Below are positions 15,686 through 25,400 of a stretch of DNA of 39,742 bases, piece after piece; position 1 is the first letter of the stretch, and every line of letters begins with the position of its first letter. The stretch spans positions 1 to 39,742 of the forward strand of contig JAADIO010000055.1 of NCBI GenBank assembly GCA_013151235.1. Reading direction: 5' to 3'. The stretch comes from Deltaproteobacteria bacterium. GTDB taxonomy: Bacteria > CG2-30-53-67. A program made the translations under genes and the position numbers. Under the pieces are notes generated by a model. It saw only the letters and a list, made by a program, of their open reading frames with translations. It was not told the origin of the DNA and searched no databases.

Positions 15686-18004
15686 ATGGATACGGCCAAA
15701 AATATCGCCATCATCGGCGGCAACAAAGAAGCGCTGGGGCTTCTTCCGCTCCTTGAGAAGAAGAACGTCCGCGTCAAGATCATCGTAGACACCAATCCCG
15801 ACGCCCTGGTATTTAAGCTCAATGAATTAGGCTTCCGCCTGGCCCGAAAGTACCATATCATCCTGAGTTCCGACCTGACCGACCTGTTGGCGCAGGAGGA
15901 TCTCGATCTGATCATCGATGCATCCTCCGATCCTGCAACCCGGGCCTTTCTCGAAAAAGAAGAGTTCTCGGGAAGGGAGGTCATCAGTGTACTGAGCGCC
16001 CGTCTGCTCTGGGGGCACAAGGAGGAAGAGGCCGGATCGGACCTCCCGAAGCATTCCAAGCTCCTCTCCAGCCTGAACGACATTGTCGAGGCCGTCAATC
16101 TCACCAAGGATAAACGGCAGGTCTCCTCTCTGATCCTGCAAGTCGCCATCGAATCGACAGGCGCCGACAACGGCTCTCTCATGATCGTCGACCCCGAGGA
16201 AAAAGTCCTGAAGATCGAAGTCGCCGAAGGAATCCCGGAAGAGATCATCCCGACGATCCGCTGCCCTCTGGGCGAGGGGATTGCCGGGAAAGTCGCGCAG
16301 GAGGGACAGCCGCTGCTTCTCTCCGGGAAGTCCGACGACAGGACCTTTCGGACTCTCCGGGAACGGGAAGAGATCAAATCCGCCCTTTGTGTCCCCCTGA
16401 CGGTGAACGGTTCCACCGTCGGTGTTCTGAACCTGAACAACCTGAGGGATCTCGACGGATTTACCGAGGAAGACCTTTCCTTCATTACCCGGCTGGCCGC
16501 CTTCGATGCGGAGATCCTTCTCAAATCACAGGAGTATGCCTCCCTCCGGGAAAATGCCGAAACCTTCCGGATCTGGAAAGAACTGAACCGGATCCTTAAC
16601 ACCTCAGCGCCGATCGAAGAACGGTTGCTGCAAACCTGCCGGACCCTCTCCGCCCGGTTTCGGGAGAGCGTCTGTTCGATCTATCTTTTCGACACCAACA
16701 CACGGGAACTGACCCTCAAAGCGAGCAGTCTGAAAAGATTTACCCCCACCGATCAGAGCCACATCCAGCTGCATGAAGGCATAGACGGGTGGGCCGCGGG
16801 AGAGCAGGAGGTCGTCATCCTGAAGGAGCACCCGAATCTCGACCCGGAGGTCAGGAAGACATTCATGTCGATTCCCCTCGTCTCCGAGGGGACGATTACC
16901 GGCGTCATGAATATCCAGTTGATCTCCGCAAAGGGGCTCTCCGAAGAGGAGGAAATCCTTCTCCGGGACATCGCACGGCACCTCTCCAGCGCCGTGAAAA
17001 GCGCCCGGAAGGAAGACAGGGCCTATCTGCGGGCGACAAAGATCGAGGCGATCAACGAGGCAGGGATCAATATCCTCTCCATCATGGACCTGCAAAAACT
17101 TCTGGAACTCGTTCCCCCCTCGGCCGCCATGATCATGGACGCCGACGGCTGTATCCTCCGGCTCAAGGGGACCGACGGCGGGATGGAAATCCGGTCGACC
17201 TACTCCATGTGGGAGGAGGAGATTGAAGACCGGGTCTTTGCACTCGATGCGGAGATCGGAGCCCAGGTGGAACTCGGCAAAAAACCGCTCTATATCCGGG
17301 ATCTCGGCGAGGAAGAAGGATATGAATCCTTCGGACGGGTTGTCAAATCGGTCGTGGCCATGCCCCTGATGGAACAGGGAGAGGTCCGCGGCATCCTCTC
17401 CATCTATGACAAGATCCCGAAAGGCTCATTTCACGCCACCGCCTTCGGCAGGGAGGACCTGGAAATCTTTCAGAAGTTCGTCCACTATGTTGAAAAGGCA
17501 ATCGTCAACGTACAGCGAAACGACCGGACGCGGACGATCCGGAACTGTGATAATCTCACGGGCCTGCCGAATGAAGGGGCGCTCAAACGGAAGATCGAAA
17601 ATGAAATCAACCGCTCCCGGCGCTACGAACGGCGGTTCATTCTGCTCACCCTCTGCTGGAGTCATGAAAAGAACGGGAGCCCACCCCTCGATGTGGAAAA
17701 GCGGAACAGCCTGATCGTGGAAATCAGTTCCGTCCTCCAGGAGAATATCCGGGAATATGATACCCTGGCTCGAACGGGACCCCGGAAATTCGAGGCTCTC
17801 TTCCCCGAGTCCATGGAAGAGATCCGCGATCTGACGACACGATTGACCCGATCGATTCGTGATCGCAAAAAAATGAAAACTTCCCCGCTGGCCGACATGG
17901 AACTGCAACTCAAATTCGGTTACGCCGTTTTTCCCGACGATGGAGTCACGATCGAAGCCCTTCTCAACGAGTCCCACCGCCTGCGCCTCGGCGCACGGAT
18001 CTAA
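15686..18004 (+). CDS. Multi-GAF protein with N-terminal Rossmann-like domain and degenerate GGDEF domain
   Basis: IAIIGG...DLIIDAS; GAFs GEGIAGKVA/CVPL, EGIDGWAA/SIPL, AMPL; DNLTGLPN and ARTGPRKF in place of GGDEF. Start moved to ATG 15686 (RBS AAAGGA). Confidence 0.85.
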   Translation: MDTAKNIAIIGGNKEALGLLPLLEKKNVRVKIIVDTNPDALVFKLNELGFRLARKYHIILSSDLTDLLAQEDLDLIIDASSDPATRAFLEKEEFSGREVISVLSARLLWGHKEEEAGSDLPKHSKLLSSLNDIVEAVNLTKDKRQVSSLILQVAIESTGADNGSLMIVDPEEKVLKIEVAEGIPEEIIPTIRCPLGEGIAGKVAQEGQPLLLSGKSDDRTFRTLREREEIKSALCVPLTVNGSTVGVLNLNNLRDLDGFTEEDLSFITRLAAFDAEILLKSQEYASLRENAETFRIWKELNRILNTSAPIEERLLQTCRTLSARFRESVCSIYLFDTNTRELTLKASSLKRFTPTDQSHIQLHEGIDGWAAGEQEVVILKEHPNLDPEVRKTFMSIPLVSEGTITGVMNIQLISAKGLSEEEEILLRDIARHLSSAVKSARKEDRAYLRATKIEAINEAGINILSIMDLQKLLELVPPSAAMIMDADGCILRLKGTDGGMEIRSTYSMWEEEIEDRVFALDAEIGAQVELGKKPLYIRDLGEEEGYESFGRVVKSVVAMPLMEQGEVRGILSIYDKIPKGSFHATAFGREDLEIFQKFVHYVEKAIVNVQRNDRTRTIRNCDNLTGLPNEGALKRKIENEINRSRRYERRFILLTLCWSHEKNGSPPLDVEKRNSLIVEISSVLQENIREYDTLARTGPRKFEALFPESMEEIRDLTTRLTRSIRDRKKMKTSPLADMELQLKFGYAVFPDDGVTIEALLNESHRLRLGARI

Positions 18005-18948
18005 CGATATTCCCGCGTCTGAACCTTTCGTCCATTCAGATAAACCTCCACCACCGCCTTCCCCTGTATTTCCAGATCGAGATCCAGGAGGGTCTCCGGA
18101 AACTTTCGGCCGGAGAAGACCTGACGCCGTCCCTTGCGGTCGTTGACGAAAACATCGGCCGTCACGGGAAGCAGCCCGAAAGGAATCCGGTAGCGGAAGC
18201 GAACCCGGATAATCGGTGCCGACGAATGCATACGTCCTTCCCGGCTCACGACAAGCGCCACCGGATGATCCCGGTCCACAGGATACCCGAAGGCGGGGGA
18301 CTGGTTGATAATCCGGTTTTCAGCCACCCCCTCGTATTCCTGATACCGGACATTGCCCATCTCCAGGCCCGCAGTCTCAAACAATGCAAGAACGGAATCG
18401 AAATCCTTTCCAATCAGGTCCGGCATCCGGTACACCGGTGGACGCCCCCCCCGACTGATCAGAAGATCCACACGATTCTCTTTCAGATGGGTCGTCCCGG
18501 GATCAGGATTTTGAGAGAGAACCGTGTCCGCTTCCGTTCCGGGGAAAAAGGCCCGGGTCAACCTGCCGATGGTCAGGCCCTCTTCCTTCAGGACCACTTC
18601 GGCTTTATTCAGAGACATTCCCCGCACCTCCGGAATGGTCACATCCCGCATCCCGAGGCTCAGAACAACCTCAATGTTTCGATCCACCTTGAGCCGGGTC
18701 CCCGGCGGCGGCAACTGCCTCAAAACCGTCTTGGGGGAAAAAACAGGATCATACTCCTCTCCCGCCACCCGAAGATCCAGCCCCACCCGTCCGGACTCTT
18801 TCAGCGCCCGGACAATATCTTTCCCCTTGAGGTCCGGTACGAGAACCGTTCTGCCGGAGCTCACCCACCGCATGGCGAACCAGGCGGAGAAGATAAAGAC
18901 CAGGAAAAAGCTGAAGGCAATACCGATCAGATAAAGATAACGACGCAT
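18001..18948 (-). CDS. PASTA domain-containing membrane protein (three PASTA repeats)
   Basis: N-terminal TM; VPDLKG, IPEVRG, MPDLIG repeat starts, each with a later Q-x-P motif. Confidence 0.9.
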   Translation of the reverse strand: MRRYLYLIGIAFSFFLVFIFSAWFAMRWVSSGRTVLVPDLKGKDIVRALKESGRVGLDLRVAGEEYDPVFSPKTVLRQLPPPGTRLKVDRNIEVVLSLGMRDVTIPEVRGMSLNKAEVVLKEEGLTIGRLTRAFFPGTEADTVLSQNPDPGTTHLKENRVDLLISRGGRPPVYRMPDLIGKDFDSVLALFETAGLEMGNVRYQEYEGVAENRIINQSPAFGYPVDRDHPVALVVSREGRMHSSAPIIRVRFRYRIPFGLLPVTADVFVNDRKGRRQVFSGRKFPETLLDLDLEIQGKAVVEVYLNGRKVQTREYR

Positions 18949-19004
18949 CGGAGGGCTCCTGCAACAACGAAAACATATTCAGGGGGGTCCCGGATCAGGG
19001 ATCT

Positions 19005-20699
19005 TCATCCCCCCCCTGTCTTCCCTTTTTTGCGAGGGGGAACAGAGGAAGGGACGCGGCCGTTCGATTTTCTTTTCTTCCTGCCGAGGTCCATCCAAAG
19101 ATGAAACCCGTAGGTCGAGGGAATGGGGATCAGGATCAGACCGATGAGGATCCCCCCGGAAAGAGTCAGCCCTCCGGCCAGCAGATAGGAGTTGCCGTCG
19201 GCAAGATAGAGCAAACCGGAAGTAATCGCCAGGGTCATGGCCATAAGGCCGAGGATACTTCTCCGGAAGATTCTGGCTACATACCGTTCCGTCTGGCTGA
19301 TGGTCACCGGATGAATCCGCACACGCAGCTCTTCCCGCCGCAAGGCCTTGAGTAATCCCGCCGCATCACGGTACATTCGCTGCAAATTCTCAAGTTCCGT
19401 CTTTCCCTGTTGGCAGACCGACGCGGCCTTCTCCTCACGGAGGACCTGACGGGCCAGGGGGACAATATCCTTGACGGCATTGAAATCATTCCGGTAGAGG
19501 GTCCCGATCCCCTCCACCAAGGCGGCGGTCTTGAAGAGATAGACCAGATTGCTCGGCAACTCGAAGGGGAAGGCGTAAAAACTCTCCAAGATTTCAATGG
19601 CAATCTCCTGAATCCGCTTCTGGGTCATCCCTTCCATCGTAAGGATGTCAAACATCGTTTCCGCAGCTTCCCGCAGAACCGCAGGACTCACTTCCCGGTT
19701 GGCAATACCGAGGTTATAGTACCCTTCAACCAACCGGTCGAAATCCCTCCGGGCACCGGCCAGCGTCGTCTGGATCAGTTCCTTCCTGGTTTCGGCATCG
19801 AGTTCCACCACCAACCCGTAATCGAGAAGCACAATCTTTTCCTCCGCAGTGACCAGGATATTGCCGGGATGGGGGTCGGCATGGATCACACCATCAAGGA
19901 GAATCTGTTGCGTATAGACCTCAATCAGTTTCGAAAGAACCCGATCCACATTGATGCCCTGCGCCTTCAGTTTTTCGAATTCCGTGATCTTGATCCCGTG
20001 GTAATAGCGCATCACCAGAATCCGGGGAGTGGTCAACTCGGGAAAGTATTCCGGCACGCAGAGGGCGGGGCGGTCCTTCATCAGTTCCTGGAACCGCCGG
20101 ATGTTCAGCGCCTCGTGTTCAAAATCCATCTCTTCGTAGATGGTCCTGGAAAACTCATCGATCACCACCTGCAGGGAACGGAGCTGGTAGGACTGAAAAA
20201 GGTGATTCAAGACACTCAAGATCCGGTTGATGATCTTCAGGTCGATCGTAACCAGATGATGGATCCCCGGGCGCTGAACCTTGACGGCGACCTCCTCGCC
20301 CCGATATTTCGCCTTGTGGACCTGACCGAGGGAGGCGGCCGCAAGCGGTGTCGGGTCGAAATCATCAAAGACCTCTCCGAGAGGACGCCGGTATTCCTCT
20401 TCCACAACCTTCTTCACCACGGCAAAGCTTACCGGAGGGACCTCATCATGGAGACGGGAAAGTTCCCGAAGATAAAGGGGCGGGATAATATCCGCCCGAG
20501 TGGAGATCACCTGAGTCAGTTTGATAAAGGACGGTCCCAGCGCGGCAATCCGGGCCGTGAGATCACGGGCCCGCTTCTCGTGAAAACCATCGTTGACCTG
20601 CCGGCCGGCGCCGAAAAAAACAAAACGGCGATAATCCCGAAGAAAGGAAAGGAGAAAGGGAAGTGCCGTAAAAAAGATTTTCAGACCACGCAGTATCAT
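19005..20699 (-). CDS. AarF/ABC1/UbiB family atypical kinase
   Basis: LGPSFIKLTQ, AAASLGQVH, VAVKVQRP, HADPHPGNI, LLDYG; two C-terminal TMs. Start placed at MILRG. Confidence 0.92.
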   Translation of the reverse strand: MILRGLKIFFTALPFLLSFLRDYRRFVFFGAGRQVNDGFHEKRARDLTARIAALGPSFIKLTQVISTRADIIPPLYLRELSRLHDEVPPVSFAVVKKVVEEEYRRPLGEVFDDFDPTPLAAASLGQVHKAKYRGEEVAVKVQRPGIHHLVTIDLKIINRILSVLNHLFQSYQLRSLQVVIDEFSRTIYEEMDFEHEALNIRRFQELMKDRPALCVPEYFPELTTPRILVMRYYHGIKITEFEKLKAQGINVDRVLSKLIEVYTQQILLDGVIHADPHPGNILVTAEEKIVLLDYGLVVELDAETRKELIQTTLAGARRDFDRLVEGYYNLGIANREVSPAVLREAAETMFDILTMEGMTQKRIQEIAIEILESFYAFPFELPSNLVYLFKTAALVEGIGTLYRNDFNAVKDIVPLARQVLREEKAASVCQQGKTELENLQRMYRDAAGLLKALRREELRVRIHPVTISQTERYVARIFRRSILGLMAMTLAITSGLLYLADGNSYLLAGGLTLSGGILIGLILIPIPSTYGFHLWMDLGRKKRKSNGRVPSSVPPRKKGKTGGG

Positions 20700-20796
20700 T
20701 TCGAGGGCTTTTCCATGTACGGCGGCACCGTCCAGTTCGGCCGAGGAGGAACGGGAACCGGCAGAAAGTCTTTTCGGACAAAACACCACCACGGTT

Positions 20797-22581
20797 TTAG
20801 GGATACTTCTTTTCCAGATCTTGAAGCCAGGCCTCACGGAGACCGGCATAGTCCATCCCGGTCGCAGCCACCAGGGACTTCTCGAAAGGAACACCGGAGG
20901 CCAGGTCGCCCAACATCTTCTGTACGGCGTAGATCCCATGATTCCGGATGATATAATCTACAACGGTAAAACTCTCCGTGTACGCAAGAGAAGCCGTATC
21001 CCCACCCATTTTGAGAAAGGACCCTTCCAGATCCCGCAAGGGAAGGACATCCCGGCTACGAAGGATATAGGCCACATTACGGTCATGCACCTTCAGGGGC
21101 TCCCCCTCAAAATACTGTGCCAGACCTTCATTGAGCCATGTGGGAATATCACGCCCGACCATCCGGCGGATCAGGGCATGGGTGTACTCGTGATTGACGA
21201 CCCGTTCCAGTTGATCACTCCGCTCCTTCAGGCCGCCGATGGGAATTCGGATCTTGCCGTCATAGACGCCTCCGGTCCAATCCGGCGTCCGGGTAACCGC
21301 TCGAAAATCATCGTCCGAATAGAGAATCGTCGTCAACCGTCCGGCAGGATAATAATTGAATTCCGCCCCGATCCTCTGGTAGGCTTCATCCAGCAGACTG
21401 ATGACGAGCCATCCCGCTTCGGTGTTCTCCCGGCCGTCGTAACGGACGTCGAAATGCTCTCCCTCCCGGGTATCAAAACCGGCTTCCGCTTCCGCTTCCC
21501 GACCGGCCTTGTCGACCAGTTTCCGGATTTTGACGTCGTCGGGATTAGCCGAGAGATAGTTCTTCAGGTGGGAAATTCCTTCTTTCAGACGGTTCTGTTT
21601 ATAGAGAAGTTCACCGAACATCTTCTCCACCTCCGGGTCCCGGGGGACCCTGGAAAGATATTCCTTGAAATACCTTTCGGCACGCGTCGTATCGGAGAGA
21701 TTCAGCGCGGCAACCCCCATGAACTTGTAGATATCCGGAGACGGATCAAGGACCTTGACCGCCTCCTCAAAAGCGGCGATCGCTCCCTCATTGTCCTTCC
21801 CCTTCATGGCAGCGTATCCCTTCTGCAGCCAGGCACGCTGAAGATTCCGGCGAAGAACGATCTCATCAGGCAGCCGCTTTAAGGCACGCTGAAAACGATC
21901 GACCGCATCGTCATAGCGTCCCTCTTTCATGAAGGTCACCCCTTCATTGTTCCATCGGATCCCTTCGGAATCTTTCCGTGCCGAGACGTCAACCTTTTCG
22001 ACTGCGCCCACCGGAATGCGCCGGCTCCCGTTGCGGGAAAGAGACTCCGGGAAATGAGAGGTGATTTTTCGTACCGCCCGTTCGACGCTCTTTCGGTCTT
22101 GCGTAAAGTTACGATGAAGTCCCAGGTAAATCACGGAGAGAAGGGAAAGAACAAGGAGAAGGAGATAACCGCTCCCGCTCCATCCGGATTTCTTTACGGA
22201 GACCGGTTCCGGGTTCTCCTCTTCCGGCTCCCCGAGTTTTTTCGCCATGCCCCGTCCCCGCATCCGCCGTTCACGGATTTCAATAATCGCTCCCGTACCT
22301 TCCAGTTCCGTCCGCAGAACATGAGCCCGTTCCAGGGACATCTCCTTGGTCAGCAGGAGAGGGAGCTGACCAAGGCGGGCCTGAAATTCTTCGGAGGATT
22401 CCCAGAAGGTCCGGCTTTTCAGAAAATCGATCACCTGATCGGCAACAGAGGGATCGGCATAGCCCATGAGAAAGAGATCACAAACCCGGTCGGAGGAGGA
22501 GGGAAAAACGCCCTCCATTCCGCAACGGGAACAAAGAATCGCTTCCGGATCCACCTTGCTGGAACAGTGAGGACAAAACAT
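20797..22581 (-). CDS. Zinc-ribbon / TM / TPR / peptidase MA-like domain protein
   Basis: CPHC...CSRC; TM; TPR repeats; HEYTH zincin motif followed by WLNEGLAQY. Start placed at MFCPHC. Confidence 0.85.
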   Translation of the reverse strand: MFCPHCSSKVDPEAILCSRCGMEGVFPSSSDRVCDLFLMGYADPSVADQVIDFLKSRTFWESSEEFQARLGQLPLLLTKEMSLERAHVLRTELEGTGAIIEIRERRMRGRGMAKKLGEPEEENPEPVSVKKSGWSGSGYLLLLVLSLLSVIYLGLHRNFTQDRKSVERAVRKITSHFPESLSRNGSRRIPVGAVEKVDVSARKDSEGIRWNNEGVTFMKEGRYDDAVDRFQRALKRLPDEIVLRRNLQRAWLQKGYAAMKGKDNEGAIAAFEEAVKVLDPSPDIYKFMGVAALNLSDTTRAERYFKEYLSRVPRDPEVEKMFGELLYKQNRLKEGISHLKNYLSANPDDVKIRKLVDKAGREAEAEAGFDTREGEHFDVRYDGRENTEAGWLVISLLDEAYQRIGAEFNYYPAGRLTTILYSDDDFRAVTRTPDWTGGVYDGKIRIPIGGLKERSDQLERVVNHEYTHALIRRMVGRDIPTWLNEGLAQYFEGEPLKVHDRNVAYILRSRDVLPLRDLEGSFLKMGGDTASLAYTESFTVVDYIIRNHGIYAVQKMLGDLASGVPFEKSLVAATGMDYAGLREAWLQDLEKKYP

Positions 22582-22751
22582 CCGGTTACCCCTCTTGCTT
22601 TGGAAAAAGCCCCCCCGGAGAAGCGGCATAAGCCCGTTCATATTAATCGATCCGTAAATGAGAGTCAATGGGATTGACATTTCTCCCGGAGGTACGATAA
22701 AAGTAGCGCAAGGCGCTGTTCTTCATGGAAGCGGGAATAAGGAGTCATGCC

Positions 22752-23366
22752 ATGCCGTTGATCGGCCTGACCGGCGGAATCGCCACCGGGAAAAGTCTCG
22801 TTACGGATTACCTGCGCGACAAGGGGATCCTTGTCGTCGATGCCGATCAGCTTGCCCGGAAGATGGTAGAACCGGGAAGGCCTGCATGGGAAAAGATCCG
22901 CCGGGAATTCGGGCGGGAATACCTGCGGAAAGATCAGACCCTGGACCGCAGGAAGCTGGGAGACCTGGTTTTTGCAACCCCGGAAAAGCGCAGGGCGCTC
23001 GAGCGGATCATCCATCCCGAAGTTTTAAATGCAGCTCGAAAGATCATCCACCCCCTGCTTGATGCCGATCCGGATCGATGGATCATTTTCTCCGTTCCGC
23101 TGCTCTTTGAAAGTGGCTTTGATAAAATAACGGATCGGGTTGCGGTTGTCTATGTCGATGAAGCGACACAGTTGCAACGCCTGATCATGAGGGACGGGTT
23201 GACAAAAGCAGATGCGCTGAAACGCATTCGCGCACAGATGCCGATAGAGGAGAAGAAAAACCTGGCGGATGACCTGATAGACAACAGCGGCGCCCCGGAC
23301 GAGACCCGCCGGCAGGTGGACGGCTGGCTGTTGAGGGTACGTCTGTCCGACAAGACTTCCGGTTAA
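22752..23366 (+). CDS. coaE: Dephospho-CoA kinase
   Basis: IGLTGGIATGKS, DAD, LDRRKLG, IIHP, VPLLFE, AQMP; RBS AAGGAG before ATG 22752. Confidence 0.96.
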   Translation: MPLIGLTGGIATGKSLVTDYLRDKGILVVDADQLARKMVEPGRPAWEKIRREFGREYLRKDQTLDRRKLGDLVFATPEKRRALERIIHPEVLNAARKIIHPLLDADPDRWIIFSVPLLFESGFDKITDRVAVVYVDEATQLQRLIMRDGLTKADALKRIRAQMPIEEKKNLADDLIDNSGAPDETRRQVDGWLLRVRLSDKTSG

Positions 23367-23409
23367 AGCTCCATCTCCCGGAAAGGGGCCACCGGCCGTG
23401 GGGTGAAAT

Positions 23410-23658
23410 ATGAAAATGCGGCTCGACAAATACCTTCAGACCGTGGGAATCTTCAAGCGACGGACCGCCGCCCGGGAGGTCTGCGAGGAGGGAATCGTCG
23501 AGATCAACGGCCACCGGGCCAAAAGCGGCAAGACCGTCCAGGCCGGGGACCGGATCGACCTCCATCTCTACAATCGAGAACTCTCCATCGAGGTCTTGAG
23601 AATTCCCGCCGGGGTCGTTCCCAAAAAAGACCGGCCCGACTATTTTCGGACATTATAG
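23410..23658 (+). CDS. S4 domain RNA-binding protein (Hsp15/RqcP-like)
   Basis: MRLDKYL...KRRTAAREVC...INGHRAKSG..VQAGD. Confidence 0.9.
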   Translation: MKMRLDKYLQTVGIFKRRTAAREVCEEGIVEINGHRAKSGKTVQAGDRIDLHLYNRELSIEVLRIPAGVVPKKDRPDYFRTL

Positions 23659-23695
23659 ATCTGTCGCCCCGGATCCCTGCCCTTAAAATTCCGTC

Positions 23696-24925
23696 TTATT
23701 TCATCATGGATCCTTCTTCCGGATAGGCCTCAATGTTATGAATGGCAAGGTCGGGTCCCCGCATCTCCTCTTCCTCGGTGAGCCGGATACCCACAGTGAC
23801 CTTCAACAGACCGTAAAGCAGGACACTACAGACGAGGGCAAGAAGAAGGGCCATGACACTCCCCATAAGCTGACTGACGAAGGAGACCCCCCCCATGCCC
23901 CAGAGGGCCCTGGAGCCGAAGATCCCGGCGGCGATCCCGCCCCAGGTTCCGCAAAGGCCATGCAGGGGCCAGACGCCGAGAACATCGTCGATCTTCCATC
24001 TCTCCTGCTCGACCGTAAACATCATTACGAAGATCACCGCAGCGACGATCCCGATGACCAGGGCGCCTAATGGATGGACAAGGTCGCTTCCGGCACAGAT
24101 CGCAACCAGCCCCGCCAAGGCCCCGTTATGGATGAACCCGGGATCTCCCCGGGTCACAAAAAGCGCTGCCAGAACACCGCCGACCATGGCAAAGAGTGAA
24201 TTGACCGCAACAAGACCCGAGATCCCGTTGATCGCCTGGGCGCTCATCACGTTGAAACCGAACCATCCGACACAGAGAATCCAGGAACCGAGGGCCAGGA
24301 AGGGGATGTTGCTGATCGGAATCGGGTGGCTCTTCCCGTTCTTGCCGTAGCGGCCGATCCGGGGTCCCAAGAGGATCACCGCCGGCAGGGCCAACCAGCC
24401 CCCCATGGAGTGGACGATCACCGAACCGGCATAGTCATGAAAAGGAAGCCCTCCGATCTTTTCGATCCATGCCTGCACGCCGATCATCCCTTTCTCCCCG
24501 ACCCCCATCCGTCCCCACATGAGTCCTTCGAAAAAAGGGTAAACCAGGGCGGCAAACACCCCCCCGGCGAAGAGTTGAGGCCAAAACTTGGCCCGCTCGG
24601 CGATCCCGCCGGAGATAATGGCCGGGATACAGGCGGCAAAGGTGAGGAGGAAAAAATAGTGAACAAGATTAAAGCCTTTCTCCGGCCCCATCAACTCCCC
24701 GGCCGGTTTCAGAAAGCTCAAACCATAAGCGAGGGGAAACCCGATCAAAAAATAGACAACCGTCGAGACCGACCAGTCGGAGAGTATTTTAACCAGGGCA
24801 TTGACCTGGCTCTTTTGCCGGACTGATCCGACTTCGAGAAAGGCAAACCCGGCATGCATGGCGAAAATCATCACGGCGCCTAACATCATAAAAAGAACGT
24901 CATTACTTCTCAACAGTTCATTCAT
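23696..24925 (-). CDS. amt: Ammonium transporter
   Basis: GFAFLEVG, SGGIAER, DYAGSVIVH, GWFGFN, NGALAGLVAI, DDVLGVWPLHG (both pore histidines present). Confidence 0.96.
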   Translation of the reverse strand: MNELLRSNDVLFMMLGAVMIFAMHAGFAFLEVGSVRQKSQVNALVKILSDWSVSTVVYFLIGFPLAYGLSFLKPAGELMGPEKGFNLVHYFFLLTFAACIPAIISGGIAERAKFWPQLFAGGVFAALVYPFFEGLMWGRMGVGEKGMIGVQAWIEKIGGLPFHDYAGSVIVHSMGGWLALPAVILLGPRIGRYGKNGKSHPIPISNIPFLALGSWILCVGWFGFNVMSAQAINGISGLVAVNSLFAMVGGVLAALFVTRGDPGFIHNGALAGLVAICAGSDLVHPLGALVIGIVAAVIFVMMFTVEQERWKIDDVLGVWPLHGLCGTWGGIAAGIFGSRALWGMGGVSFVSQLMGSVMALLLALVCSVLLYGLLKVTVGIRLTEEEEMRGPDLAIHNIEAYPEEGSMMK

Positions 24926-25017
24926 ACACCTACCCCCTTATTCACATGATTTAAGAAAAACCTACGAATTCGTCACTCCATCCAAAATTGTAGCCACCTT
25001 CTGAAACTTTTTTACAA

Positions 25018-25034
25018 AGCAATTCCGATGCCAA
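25018..25034 (-). promoter_or_regulatory. Sigma54 (-24/-12) promoter of amt
   Basis: Minus strand TTGGCATCGGAATTGCT = GG-N10-GC, about 90 bp upstream of the amt start. Confidence 0.8.
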
Positions 25035-25094
25035 AATCTTCGGGCAAACCCATTCCGCGATTTTAGCAATTAACTTATTGTATCCATATATATA

Positions 25095-25275
25095 TGATGA
25101 AGTCGTAAAAAGTCGTTTTCCGGATTCCGTTCATGGTTCGACAGGCTACCGAGCATGGTGAGCCGGCCGAACCACACGAACGGAATATCAATCACTTACA
25201 CCGTTCGCCCTGAGCGGGCCTGTCCTGAGCCGGCCGAAGGGTCGAAGGGCTTCGTGACTTTTTACGAGACCATCA
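25095..25275. mobile_element. 181-bp MITE with nested REP-like hairpins and an IHF consensus site
   Basis: TIRs TGATGAAGTCGTAAAAAGTC and GACTTTTTACGAGACCATCA (17/20); flanking TATA repeats; internal GGTTCGACAGGCT, TGGTGAGCCGGCCGAACCA and CCTGAGCCGGCCGAAGG units; TATCAATCACTTA at 25186-25198. Confidence 0.82.
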
Positions 25276-25331
25276 TATATGGTCTTTTTCATTTCTCTTC
25301 GGACAGCGTGCCGATGGGTGATTAAACGCTG

Positions 25332-25357
25332 AAAAAACAGGCAGCTGCCTGTTTTTT
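25332..25357. terminator. Perfect 26-bp palindrome, probable intrinsic terminator after PBP1A (alternatively activator sites)
   Basis: AAAAAACAGGCAGCTGCCTGTTTTTT, about 43 bp downstream of the PBP1A stop. Confidence 0.55.
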
Positions 25358-25400
25358 AGACAACGATGGATTCTCTCGTTACAAAAAAACAGGAAACAAA

